A stretch of DNA of 64,000 nt from a virus. Lineage: Duplodnaviria; Caudoviricetes. Each line of letters begins with the position of its first letter. Within the stretch, counting starts at the first letter, position 1. The position numbers and the translations under genes are program-made. The notes below the pieces were generated by a model, which had not been told where the DNA came from, ran no database searches, and worked only from the letters and a program-made list of their open reading frames with translations. Below, in pieces: positions 30,892 through 40,602 of the stretch. The DNA lies in IMG/VR virus record IMGVR_UViG_3300033979_000663, positions 13,749-77,748 of that record, one strand, 5' to 3'.

Positions 30892-31470
30892 ATGGCACTT
30901 ACATTAGCTACAAACAGAGATAGATTAGCTCCTACCACCACAGTTTCTAATTCGTTGACTGTTGGCACTCCTGTGGAGACAAACACAGCAAATGAGCGAT
31001 CGGTCTTTTTCCCTTTTGAAATGACTAAAGATCCAGCTTCCTTCACAGTTGCATCCTGTACCACAACCAATGGTGATGCTACTGTGACTACAACTGGCGG
31101 CGGATTTGCTGAGGTCAGGGCAGGTGACGCAATTACAGGTACAGGCATTCCTGCAAGTACGACTGTATTGAGTGTGGCTGTAGGCAACAACAGTTTAGAG
31201 TTGAGTGCCAATGCTACAGCAAGTGGTACTGTCACCTTAACCGTTGACCCGCCTTCCCTAACTGCTACCGTCTGTGCGGTAAAAGTGATATTCGCTGTTA
31301 ATGGAAAAGCGATCGTTCCTACCTGCCAGTTTTACTCCTACAACGGTACACTTAAGGACACGGAAGGGGATGAGACTAATTACACAAGTCTGTCCAGTCT
31401 GTTGGTTTCTCCCCCAATTTCCATTAATATAGATGACTTCTTGAGTAATATTCGGGTGGCAAGAACTTAA
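30892..31470 (+). CDS. Putative virion structural protein
   Basis: Thr/Ser/Val-rich beta protein (GDAITGTGIPASTTVLSV...LELSANATASGTVTLT). Confidence 0.6.
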   Translation: MALTLATNRDRLAPTTTVSNSLTVGTPVETNTANERSVFFPFEMTKDPASFTVASCTTTNGDATVTTTGGGFAEVRAGDAITGTGIPASTTVLSVAVGNNSLELSANATASGTVTLTVDPPSLTATVCAVKVIFAVNGKAIVPTCQFYSYNGTLKDTEGDETNYTSLSSLLVSPPISINIDDFLSNIRVART

Positions 31471-31519
31471 TTGTGATCCATGTTCGAGTATATTCGACTC
31501 GAACATGGAAATTTTAGAA

Positions 31520-33070
31520 TTATCCAAATATACTCCTAACATCCCTGCGGCTATCACGGGGACTTTGTTCATAAAAATAATCTCTGACCGCACCCCTTCC
31601 CCCATTAACAGCCCGAATAAAAGGTGCAGCACTCATACCAGCATTTTGGGAAGCAGCATAATAACCAAATGCCAAAGCAATAAACGAGTCACCATGTCGG
31701 TAATAACCATCTGATCCTTTAGTCCTGGCGGTATCAGGAACTTTGGGTACACCATTCTCTAAACGAACAGAACGGTGGTCAGTAATAATATCTGCATCTT
31801 TGGGCATGGCAAAATTATCATCTTCCAAAGCGGTTTTATATCGTGGCACAATCTCTCGGTATTTATCTGGAGTGAGCATGACAGCATTAATCCGACTCAC
31901 CCCATACCTTTGTTGAGTAAATTCAGCGATCGCCTGACCATTACCCCGTGCATCCATAGCACCAGCCACAAAATTAGGGAAGGAGTCAATCATGTAATAA
32001 AGGATTTGTTCTTGTTGTCTGATGGGACAATTCCGTAACTCTAATAGAAACGGACATTCCCGTTTTAACTTCTGTGTCTCAACCACAGGAGCAATCACAG
32101 TTAAATCATTAGTCCGCCCAAAGTCCATACCAAAATAACATTTAACATTAGGTGATATTAAATGTACTAATGGTTTTAAGTGGTCGGTAATCCATCGTTG
32201 AATAAATATCTTGCGATTTAATTCAGTATCAATTGCAAACTCATTGGGTAATGACAATCGAAGTACAGGGAATTGGGCATCCATCCGAGCTTCTACCAAA
32301 GTAGATGGAAAGTAGACCTCTCCGCCGCTACGAGGGATGCAAAGTAACTCTTCATTAGCATCTTCCCCATAGGATTCAAATAACTCCTGTCGCCATTCCT
32401 CTTGTTTGGCAGGTGTCCACTCTTCACCCTGAACTAAACATATCCGTTGATACAGCCCATCATTAAGCGCATCATCAATAGTAAATTTATGTAAGCTATA
32501 TTTCTTTTTACCTGAGAGGATAGCATTAATCAATTGATTAAAGGCATTATCAATCCCATCATGGGTAGAAATAATAACGATTTGACTGCCCCAGATTAAA
32601 AGAGCGATCGCTGCTTTGAGTAATCCAGGTAAATCAGGGTGGAACGCAGCCTCATCAATGACTATTTTCCCTTGTTTACCGCGAAGGTTAGAGGGGCGGC
32701 TCGATAAAGCCATGATTTTGTGACCACTAGCAAACCGAATCTGGAAAGCAAGGATATCTTTATCCTCATCTTTAACGAGTATTTGGTTTATAGCTTCACC
32801 AGCTAACTTATAATGTCTAACCCAATTAGCAACGTCTTCTATCCATAGACGCGCCATGTCTTCATTGTAGCCAATGTAGTAAACATCATCACCACCATCC
32901 TCTTGTGCCGCGAGTAAAGCATCATCAGCAGCCTCAGCCCAGGAAATACCAATCCGCCGAGACTTTTCGCATACCTTAACAGGTGAAGTATCAGCAATCC
33001 ACTTCTGTTGGTAGGGGAGCAGGAGATAAGGTGAATCAGGCGATCGCTTCTTGTTGGTTGTCTTATTCAT
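31520..33070 (-). CDS. terL: Terminase large subunit (Mu gp28-like)
   Basis: LLPYQQKW, EKSRRIGISWAEA, SSRPSNLRGKQG, VIDEAAFH, ISTHDG, GMDFGRTND, DARGNG, RHGD. Confidence 0.92.
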   Translation of the reverse strand: MNKTTNKKRSPDSPYLLLPYQQKWIADTSPVKVCEKSRRIGISWAEAADDALLAAQEDGGDDVYYIGYNEDMARLWIEDVANWVRHYKLAGEAINQILVKDEDKDILAFQIRFASGHKIMALSSRPSNLRGKQGKIVIDEAAFHPDLPGLLKAAIALLIWGSQIVIISTHDGIDNAFNQLINAILSGKKKYSLHKFTIDDALNDGLYQRICLVQGEEWTPAKQEEWRQELFESYGEDANEELLCIPRSGGEVYFPSTLVEARMDAQFPVLRLSLPNEFAIDTELNRKIFIQRWITDHLKPLVHLISPNVKCYFGMDFGRTNDLTVIAPVVETQKLKRECPFLLELRNCPIRQQEQILYYMIDSFPNFVAGAMDARGNGQAIAEFTQQRYGVSRINAVMLTPDKYREIVPRYKTALEDDNFAMPKDADIITDHRSVRLENGVPKVPDTARTKGSDGYYRHGDSFIALAFGYYAASQNAGMSAAPFIRAVNGGRGAVRDYFYEQSPRDSRRDVRSIFG

Positions 33071-33076
33071 TCTTAA

Positions 33077-33424
33077 TCACCACTTCCTCATAGACCAATA
33101 CGCACGGCTAAAAAAGTCTTTATAAGCAGGTTGACCACTCTTATTTAGAATCCCTTTGGCTCTGGCTCGGTAAGAGGCTCTGCGCTTTTTATTTTTGTGT
33201 TGGGTGTAGTCCTTCATATTCGGGTCGCCATACCGAATCAACTTCACCCTATCCCCTTTCTTAGCCAACACCATATACTTCTTATTTGGATTGTCGGACT
33301 TCATGGGCTTATTAGGAGTCCACCACCGACCGTTGCGAAATATCTTACCTTTCCGTTTCCGTGGCTGCTTGTCCTTAGCCCCAGCAGTCCGAGCGAATAA
33401 AGCGGTCTTATAAAGAGAAAGCAT
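33077..33424 (-). CDS. Small basic viral protein (DUF5754/DUF6321-like)
   Basis: KKYMV...RYGDPNMKDYTQHK.KKRRASYRAR...S.AYWS; family name from memory. Confidence 0.55.
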   Translation of the reverse strand: MLSLYKTALFARTAGAKDKQPRKRKGKIFRNGRWWTPNKPMKSDNPNKKYMVLAKKGDRVKLIRYGDPNMKDYTQHKNKKRRASYRARAKGILNKSGQPAYKDFFSRAYWSMRKW

Positions 33425-33747
33425 AGAATTAAAAATAATGATTAGTTTGTTTACTAATCCTGTGTTTCCCCATCCCCATCCCCGTCCCCATCCCCAGTCC
33501 CAGTGTCATTAATAGCGATCGCCATAGCCATTAAAATCCAAAGCAATCCCATCACTAACACCAAAACAAAACAAACCAAGCCAATAAACGCAGATATCAT
33601 AGATCAAGATAAACAAAAAGGGAGAAGACATTGTACCTCCCCCCTTTGTGAAAATATGCAACTACTCCTGTTAATTATTCCCTATTTGAAACAACCAAGC
33701 ACAAATAGTCATTCAATCAAGCCTTGTCTAAGCGATAGTATTTAAAC

Positions 33748-34116
33748 CTAAAACTCATCAGGTGAGTAACCAGAATTAGAGTTATTGGCATTATCAGACT
33801 TAGAACCAAGTAGTTCCAATTGTTCAACCAAGATTACAGGCGAGGTGCGTTCTACTCCTGTTGCGCGATCGCTCCAACTATCAAACTTCAAAAAACCCTT
33901 AACACCAATTAACCCACCCTTCCTAACATAGTTACCAGCTACCTCAGCCGTCTTACCCCATAACTCAAGATTAAACCAGTCAGGCTTCTGGTCACGGTTG
34001 CTTGAACGCCTGTTAACAGCTAGGGTTAATCTACATTTAACTGTCCCTGATTCAAAATATTTCATATCAGGATCACCACCAACCCGACCAACTAAATTCA
34101 CAACATTAACACCCAT
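33748..34116 (-). CDS. ssb: Single-stranded DNA-binding protein
   Basis: NVVNLVGRVGGDPDMKYFESG...WFNLELWGKTAEVAGNYVRKG; acidic DEF tail. Confidence 0.95.
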   Translation of the reverse strand: MGVNVVNLVGRVGGDPDMKYFESGTVKCRLTLAVNRRSSNRDQKPDWFNLELWGKTAEVAGNYVRKGGLIGVKGFLKFDSWSDRATGVERTSPVILVEQLELLGSKSDNANNSNSGYSPDEF

Positions 34117-34221
34117 TGTTATTACTCCTTGTTTAAATAATCGAGTCGAACATTTGTTTGATTGTGAGGTCGTCTTTAAATAATCGAGTCGAACATTTGA
34201 CTATGCGATCGCTATTTGCTA

Positions 34222-34752
34222 TTACCCCGCATCTACACTTTCTGATTCTACATCAATAGCGTTAGCACCTAACCCAAGTATCTTTCTTCTAATATCAGAA
34301 GCCTCATCAGACGACAAGCCTTTCTTTTCAATGGATACTTCAGTCTTGGTAGTCACCTCATGTTTAATAAACTGTCCAGACAACCGTAACAATAACTCAG
34401 CAGCCTTCAACCTCACTAGGTCTTCTTTAGTCCCGGTATTCATTAATTCAACAACCGTATCTATGGCGTTTATTACCTCTGATTGGAGTTTAGCCGCTAT
34501 CTCAGGCACAGTTGCCCTGGTTACACCAGCACTAATCTCCTCAAACACCCTGATTGAACCTTGCCTACCAGCAGCGATCGCCGCAGCTATATGAGATTTT
34601 TTTACCCAGGCATATCCAGTGCTTTCAGATATCCCAACTTCCTCAGCCGCAACTATCGTTGACTTACCTTCTAGTATCTTGGTGACAAATGTATATTCCT
34701 CTGGAGTTAAATGCGGTAATCTCTCTGCCGCAGACCTAGTTGCTTTATTCAT
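34222..34752 (-). CDS. Probable terminase small subunit
   Basis: N-terminal HTH (AAEEVGISESTGYAW), VRLKAAELLL, C-terminal GLSSDEASDIRRKILG; upstream of terL on the same strand. Confidence 0.65.
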   Translation of the reverse strand: MNKATRSAAERLPHLTPEEYTFVTKILEGKSTIVAAEEVGISESTGYAWVKKSHIAAAIAAGRQGSIRVFEEISAGVTRATVPEIAAKLQSEVINAIDTVVELMNTGTKEDLVRLKAAELLLRLSGQFIKHEVTTKTEVSIEKKGLSSDEASDIRRKILGLGANAIDVESESVDAG

Positions 34753-36005
34753 ATAAGTAGTTGCATAGGGTTTCTTGGTTTATCTTTCCCATTGCTAACC
34801 ATTGATTGATTGCGGATAGCCACTGACTAACGATAAAAAACTTCCTTGAGAACCTTTGGGTCATTGCTCTCTGTCTACTGGATGTCAATTGATAATGGGC
34901 GATCGCTATTTTTTGGTTTTTGTTTCAAAATATAAAGTAGTGAAATATACCTGTTTGCTCAAGCTGATCAGTGCGTATGAAAATAGCGGATGGAGTGTAT
35001 CGAAAATTGACACCCCTGTCGGGGGTAGTAGCCTGATATTCACTTGATTACTGATAGCAAGTTGCAACCTCAAAAGGACAGTGAATGTACGATATCTACT
35101 ATTTGATAATCGGGATATATTAAGAGGGTCAAGAGATAAAGAGGAACACACACAACGACATAGACTAGATCCCGCGTTATTCAAGTATGCTCATAACGCG
35201 ATCGCTCATTAGTTAGCCATACTCACTGACATTATATACGGTATTGTCAGTGATCTACGATCAGCCGTATAAATCATACAATCTATGGAGGGCGGTTATA
35301 AGCTTAGCTCTGCCATAGGAATCTAGAAGCACCATCATAAGATCCGGTATGCGCAATCGTACCGGGTGACGGTCCAGCCTACCTAGGGAAACGAAGCAGA
35401 ATTACCTAGGGATGTAGGTGGTGTGCTGCCGCGTGGCAATTCTTGTATGATGATCTCTACTACTATCACGCGACCCATGTACATTTTTGTGTACCTCTGG
35501 TAATATATGGCCATATACGGTAAGCTACAATATTCGTATTTTACGACGCGATCGCTGTATTTTTACAGTGAGTGACAATCGTTGAGTAAAATAACGGTAT
35601 AAAGTAGAGGGTTGGGTTATTAATTATCCCTGTTTTCCCCTAGCCTAAAAAACTAGAATCTATATGGTATCAAAATGCTTAACTACACGCCGCATAAGCG
35701 GAGGGTTGGTAGGAGGGTGGTAGTTAAGCATTAAAATTAAACTTAATAACGGTAAAAAAACTGTTATTAAGTTGAGTAAATGAAGTAAATAAAACCGCGA
35801 TCATAGTTAATAATACTACTAATGCGATCGCTAACAAGTCATCACTACACAACTTAATAACAACTGAGGGCGTTAGGTTTCCTATTCCTAGCGTCCTATT
35901 TTTTTTCTTCAAAAGATTTCACTAGCTTATGGCTATCTGTAGTCTTGTGGACTACCCAACCGTACAAAACGGTTCGGTTTACCGTACCAAATAGGAGTAA
36001 AGATC

Positions 36006-36656
36006 ATGCCTGCTAGTTTATTGATGACAAAATCTGATGACAAAGCACAGACCGTTGTAACCATCAATGGGTCTGGCATATATTATCAGGAACTCCGATT
36101 GGGCGATCGCCCTATGAGTGGCAGGGTTCGCATCGGCAAGCTTGTCCTCATTGATGGTGAGGTCATGGCAGAATATGACGAATTGACGATATATGATGCT
36201 CTTTTGTCTAATAGAGTAGACATTGAGAAAAAACTTGCGGCTGTTAATGCACTGCTCAAAGAAAATGCTACAGATGAGCGTAGGTTAGTAGCAGACAATC
36301 TTGCGATCGCTTTGGACAAGATAACTGAGGTTATTAATGAGAATCCTACTCACAGACTGCAATCGCTTAATGCTAAGGTTTTCCAATCGGTTGATCGGCT
36401 ACTGGACAAAGTGAGATATCGCCATAAGCACGTCAAGGGCGAGAAAATTTCATTCACCCATTACCCTACCCGTGCGTATTTTCTTCAGAAACAAGCCGAA
36501 GATTTACTTAAACGCCGCAATGAAGCTCTAGAAGCTTCCGGCAGAGAGGACGGCTATCTTGACTTTGACGGTGCAATGCTCATAATTGAGCGTCGGTACG
36601 CTGAAAATACAGCAGCTAAAACCAAGAAAAAAGCCAAAGCGGCTGTAGCTGTATAG
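36006..36656 (+). CDS. Hypothetical protein, first gene of the plus-strand operon
   Basis: AGGAG RBS; 216 aa. Confidence 0.65.
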   Translation: MPASLLMTKSDDKAQTVVTINGSGIYYQELRLGDRPMSGRVRIGKLVLIDGEVMAEYDELTIYDALLSNRVDIEKKLAAVNALLKENATDERRLVADNLAIALDKITEVINENPTHRLQSLNAKVFQSVDRLLDKVRYRHKHVKGEKISFTHYPTRAYFLQKQAEDLLKRRNEALEASGREDGYLDFDGAMLIIERRYAENTAAKTKKKAKAAVAV

Positions 36657-36720
36657 GATGCCGCGATCGCACCACCTCAGAGTCGGAGTGCGATCGCCTG
36701 TTCACTTACTAAGGATAATT

Positions 36721-37293
36721 ATGGTCAAAAAACCTATCAATTCCAAGATTGTAAACTCTGAAATTAATCAGAGAATTGAAAAATACCGCGATCCATCTAT
36801 TAATGCTGATGGCAGTGTTGACTGTAGAAAAAATATTACACCCGTTACAGAACGGGTACGGGTTTTAAAACCTGTCAGTCGTAAAGCTGATGGGCAATAC
36901 ACCCGTGAAACAAGTTATCAACCCAAGTTTAAGTTAGTCATATACCCCTATGACGAGAGACACATATATAGACGGGATTTAAAAACAGGACTTGAAGTAG
37001 CCATTGTTGAGAAGGTTGACGGGGAATGGTTTCCCTGCGTCATCCTCAGAGAGACGGAAATACAGCAACTTCGGTCTTTCCCCGGTGCTGCCGGGCTAGA
37101 CATTGACAATGCGATCGCCACGAAGGATCGCTGTAAAGTCAAGGTGCAAGAACCCATGAGTAAAAACGTGGGTGGCAGATGTACACCCAAGGGTAAATCA
37201 AAGAAGGGCTATTCTAAGCCCCGTACTAACAATAAATTCAAGAAAATGATGTCCTCTATTGAGGTACATAATGCCCACAAGAAGGGCAAATAA
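36721..37293 (+). CDS. Hypothetical basic protein
   Basis: AAGGA RBS before MVKKP. Confidence 0.6.
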   Translation: MVKKPINSKIVNSEINQRIEKYRDPSINADGSVDCRKNITPVTERVRVLKPVSRKADGQYTRETSYQPKFKLVIYPYDERHIYRRDLKTGLEVAIVEKVDGEWFPCVILRETEIQQLRSFPGAAGLDIDNAIATKDRCKVKVQEPMSKNVGGRCTPKGKSKKGYSKPRTNNKFKKMMSSIEVHNAHKKGK

Positions 37294-37596
37294 TCCCTGT
37301 TCGATTCGATTATTTGATTAATCCCTGTATAAATATATGACCCTGACTGGGTTATCTCAGTGGAAACATTGAAAATAACCCAGTCAAAATACAATGGGTG
37401 CATTGATTAATGCTACTCAGTGGCGATCGCAGTCCCCCAATGGTAGCTAATTCCGATTGGCTCTCATTGGGGGATTTTGTTTACACCCGTTGCGATTATG
37501 GAGCGATCGCATATTGATAATCCCCACAGGAAACTAACACTGGTTGGTTCTCTGTGGGGTTTATTAATGGAATCAAAATTTGTTAGCCAGAAGTGG

Positions 37597-37626
37597 TTGA
37601 CAAATGATTGATCCATTGATATAACT
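37597..37626 (+). promoter_or_regulatory. Putative sigma70 promoter
   Basis: TTGACA-17bp-TATAAC with an extended -10 TG. Confidence 0.5.
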
Positions 37627-37737
37627 AGATTATTGAATCGAAGAGCAATAATCTTAAATCAAAAGGCAGGATGCGTCCTGAAGAAACTAACATCCTGCCT
37701 CAAGTTCATTACAAATAAACTTAATGGAGATCGTACC

Positions 37738-39510
37738 ATGTCTTTAACAGCAACCCGGTTCAGTCGCGCTTTTTCATCCTCCGAATATTCTGCCGTCCTC
37801 TCTTTAGAGGAAGCCCTCTTTGAAGAGGGCTATGAATGGGACGGACGAGACTTGATCCAGTTGGATGATCAAGGTTCACGTCCCGCGACCGATGGAGATT
37901 TATCTTATCTCCGCGAACTGTTCTGGCACGAAGGTGTCAGAGGACAGGATTTAAAGGAAGCGATCGCGTCTTTGAACTTAACCAAAGGAGGACAAAGAAT
38001 CCTCCATGAAGCAGTCCGCGACTACAACGGGAAACCGTTGACGGATTACGTTGCCAAGTACCACTTCAGGAAGAAGTTGGTGTTATGGCAAGCCAACGAT
38101 GCCAACAACGATGATTTCAGAGTTTCGCAGCCCTTGATAAACTGCGGTTATTGGCATGACGGCACAGAATTTAAGGATGAGGCTGATACTCTTTGGAACT
38201 ATGGTATCCATTGGATAGGGGATGCTGTTAAAGTCTATGAACTAATCCCCCATGTATGGACAAAAGGACGTAGCTTAAATAGCCCATACCAAGTGAACCT
38301 TGACCAGGTCGTCCTAGTGGCGACAAATCCGAACTATCGCAACTTGCCCTTATGGGCAAAGATTCAAGTTATCAGAGGAAACCATGCCTCATCCCGTCCT
38401 GGGGATGTTTGGCGCACTTTAATGCCAGCATTAAAAGCTTGGAAGTGGGACAACTCCATCCCCAAAAGATTCGCTAAACGACTCGGTGAAATGTCTCCCA
38501 AGTATCGTGCTTTGGGCGCGATCGCGTGGTCAATGTGTGATTCCAATAAATCCGATTTCTGGAATAAATTCCAGGAATTAAGCCTTCATCCCACGAAGGC
38601 TATCAGTCCCCTACTGTGGGGAGATTTTTCTGTTTACCAACGAAATAGATCCTTAGAAATTTTGTGGGGATTACCCCACAAACACCTCGATACAAACGAC
38701 GGCATGGTTCAGTTGTCGCATTATTACGACGACTGGCATAAGTACGAAATAATAGCGAAGTACGGCGGCGGTTCTGCTGCCGTATGCCGCACCTTGTTTG
38801 GTTGTGGCGGCAAACAGGTTCAACGCCTGTTCCAATCTTCATCCTTCAACCAGAGGAAATGGGCGATCGCGATCGCTTACGGTAAAGAGGATTTAGTTCA
38901 AAAGTATCTCGCCTCTGATTGTGTCCCCTATCAAGAGGACGCAGTTAATTTTCTCAAGTTCTTGGGCGAAAAGCCCGCACTGAGAATGGCGCAAACAACC
39001 ACAATGACCCTGCGTGGTAAATCGCAGGATGTCACCGGTGATTATATCCGTGACACTGGCTATCTTTTCAACCAGTTACAAAACAGTGGTGTGTCCCCCG
39101 ATTTGGGGCGCGTCCGCTGCTGGTTTAGCACTCACGAACTCCTTGCTAAGGAGTATGTCAAAATCCTTCCCGACTTCGAGCTTCGGGTTAATCCCGACTT
39201 CGCCCCCTTAGATGGGTTGTCTAGCTTAGATATGTCCTGGGAAATCGAGATTCCCAAGCACCAACACCAGTTAAAACGTTACGGTGAGATCCTATCTCAC
39301 TGTGTTGGCGGCTATGGTGCTGCCGTCAACCAAGGAAGTAGCGTAATTGTTGCGGTCTATTTCCAAGGTGTCCTCAAGTATACTCTTGAGTTCGTAAAAG
39401 GCGATCGCGCCTACCGCTGCAATCAGTTTTACGGATTCAGGAACTCTCACCCTAGTGAGAGCGATCGCTCCGTAGTCCTGAATATGTTCCAGCAAGCCAA
39501 GCTCATCTGA
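37738..39510 (+). CDS. PcfJ-domain protein
   Basis: C-terminal LKRYGEILSHCVGGY...G.SVIV...TLE...QFYGFRN.HP; GGAG RBS. Confidence 0.75.
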   Translation: MSLTATRFSRAFSSSEYSAVLSLEEALFEEGYEWDGRDLIQLDDQGSRPATDGDLSYLRELFWHEGVRGQDLKEAIASLNLTKGGQRILHEAVRDYNGKPLTDYVAKYHFRKKLVLWQANDANNDDFRVSQPLINCGYWHDGTEFKDEADTLWNYGIHWIGDAVKVYELIPHVWTKGRSLNSPYQVNLDQVVLVATNPNYRNLPLWAKIQVIRGNHASSRPGDVWRTLMPALKAWKWDNSIPKRFAKRLGEMSPKYRALGAIAWSMCDSNKSDFWNKFQELSLHPTKAISPLLWGDFSVYQRNRSLEILWGLPHKHLDTNDGMVQLSHYYDDWHKYEIIAKYGGGSAAVCRTLFGCGGKQVQRLFQSSSFNQRKWAIAIAYGKEDLVQKYLASDCVPYQEDAVNFLKFLGEKPALRMAQTTTMTLRGKSQDVTGDYIRDTGYLFNQLQNSGVSPDLGRVRCWFSTHELLAKEYVKILPDFELRVNPDFAPLDGLSSLDMSWEIEIPKHQHQLKRYGEILSHCVGGYGAAVNQGSSVIVAVYFQGVLKYTLEFVKGDRAYRCNQFYGFRNSHPSESDRSVVLNMFQQAKLI

Positions 39511-39572
39511 GCCGCCTGATGAGGGGAGATGGTAACTCCCCGAAACACTCCCTTGAGTGTAGCGGTAAACCA
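39511..39572 (+). ncRNA. Hammerhead ribozyme, type I (HHR1); predicted cleavage after GUA at 39561
   Basis: Stem I GCCGC/GCGGT; CTGATGA; stem II GGGGAG/CTCCCC; GAAA; stem III CACTC/GAGTG. Loop II TGGT can pair with downstream ACCA. Confidence 0.92.
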
Positions 39573-39595
39573 CTTTCACACCGCAGGAGTTAATT

Positions 39596-39643
39596 ATGTT
39601 TGAGATTTTAACTGCTTGGTTAGTTCGGAAATTTAAGAGATAA
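39596..39643 (+). CDS. 15-aa amphipathic peptide MFEILTAWLVRKFKR
   Basis: AGGAG RBS 6 nt before the ATG, just 3' of HHR1. Confidence 0.35.
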   Translation: MFEILTAWLVRKFKR

Positions 39644-39719
39644 AAATTTTATATCAGAAGTGATTGACCAGTGCTTTCACTTCTGATATAAATAGATTTT
39701 AAAACAAGGAGTAATTCAA

Positions 39720-40064
39720 ATGGAAAATATATCTTCTGTAGAGTTGGGTAAAATCTTACCCTACTATCTACCTGTATCAGAGAAAAGGAAGATGTACGGG
39801 GATGGTGGGAATATCCCTGTTCATCAATGGGTAGAATCTGTCCACGAAGATAGCCTGAAAGGGCAATACGTGGATTTAAATACTGTAAAGAAAGGCAGAT
39901 ATCGCGGCAGTTTTGCTGCTGGTTATCAGTATGTTGTAACAATCCCCAATCATGGGTTTTACAAAGAAAGGTCATTGCCACATCTTGGAGGGCGTGCTTT
40001 CCATAACTGGATACTAGAACCCAAATACATAATAGGATTCTGTCACACAGAATCCTGGATTTAG
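39720..40064 (+). CDS. Hypothetical protein between hammerheads
   Basis: AAGGAG RBS; 114 aa. Confidence 0.65.
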   Translation: MENISSVELGKILPYYLPVSEKRKMYGDGGNIPVHQWVESVHEDSLKGQYVDLNTVKKGRYRGSFAAGYQYVVTIPNHGFYKERSLPHLGGRAFHNWILEPKYIIGFCHTESWI

Positions 40065-40078
40065 TGGAAATTATGCGA

Positions 40079-40115
40079 TCCGACCTGAGTACGTCGTTAA
40101 ACTGCTTCTGTGTAC
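40079..40115 (+). ncRNA. Small pseudoknot-like motif, copy 1
   Basis: CGAC-CTGAGTAC-GTCG-TTAAAC-TGCTT; identical 37 bp at 40566-40602. Confidence 0.55.
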
Positions 40116-40140
40116 TGGAGAATATTTATCAAAAAACTAA

Positions 40141-40202
40141 TCCGCCTGATGAGTCCGAGTGGTTCTCGGACGAAACACTCTCTTGAGTGTCGCGGGAAAC
40201 CG
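40141..40202 (+). ncRNA. Hammerhead ribozyme, type I (HHR2); predicted cleavage after GUC at 40191
   Basis: TCCGC CTGATGA GTCCGAG TGGTT CTCGGAC GAAA CACTC TCTT GAGTG TC GCGGG, then AAACCG. Confidence 0.93.
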
Positions 40203-40344
40203 CACATCATTCCTCTAAATGATGTTTGCTGATTAGCTTAGGTCTCATCAACCTAAGCTTTCTTCGGGGTGTAGCCGAAAGGGTAAGCAAGTGAGTAAAG
40301 TAATTGAGAAGATTCTAGCTATTGGAGAATAATCAAAAAACTAA

Positions 40345-40406
40345 TCCGCCTGATGAGTCCGAGTGGTTCTCGGACGAAACACTCTCTTGAGTGTCGCGGG
40401 AAACCG
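40345..40406 (+). ncRNA. Hammerhead ribozyme, type I (HHR3); predicted cleavage after GUC at 40395
   Basis: Identical to HHR2. Confidence 0.93.
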
Positions 40407-40468
40407 CACATCATTCCTCTAAATGATGTTTGCTGATTAGCTTAGGTCTCATCAACCTAAGCTTTCTT

Positions 40469-40561
40469 CGGGGTGTAGCCGAATTGGAACAGGCGTAATT
40501 CCCAGTAAACATGAACGATGTGGTGATTCTATCCATGTGGGTTCGAGTCCCGTCACCCCGA
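40469..40561 (+). tRNA. tRNA-like RNA / pseudo-tRNA with non-canonical anticodon arm
   Basis: Acceptor CGGGGTG/CACCCCG; TA; D-arm GCC-GAATTGGAACA-GGC; T-arm GTGGG-TTCGAGT-CCCGT. No assignable anticodon. Confidence 0.65.
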
Positions 40562-40565
40562 CCTG

Positions 40566-40602
40566 TCCGACCTGAGTACGTCGTTAAACTGCTTCTGTGT
40601 AC
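40566..40602 (+). ncRNA. Small pseudoknot-like motif, copy 2
   Basis: Identical to 40079-40115, 4 nt after the tRNA-like element. Confidence 0.55.

Larger units (their letters stand above)
40128..40483 (+). repeat. Exact 152-bp direct repeat (40128-40279 and 40332-40483, period 204)
   Basis: Each copy holds a hammerhead, two hairpins and the 5' end of the tRNA-like element. Confidence 0.93.

Noticed and set aside
31520-33070. Calling the element a Mu-like transposable phage
   Set aside because: Only the terminase and portal are Mu-like; no transposase or Mu gene order is seen in the window.
33467-33502. CCCCAT/CCCAGT short repeats
   Set aside because: Short low-complexity tract with no further support.
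40079-40602. 37-bp and 152-bp repeats as a CRISPR array
   Set aside because: Only two copies of each, with long structured intervals rather than regular spacers, and no cas operon.
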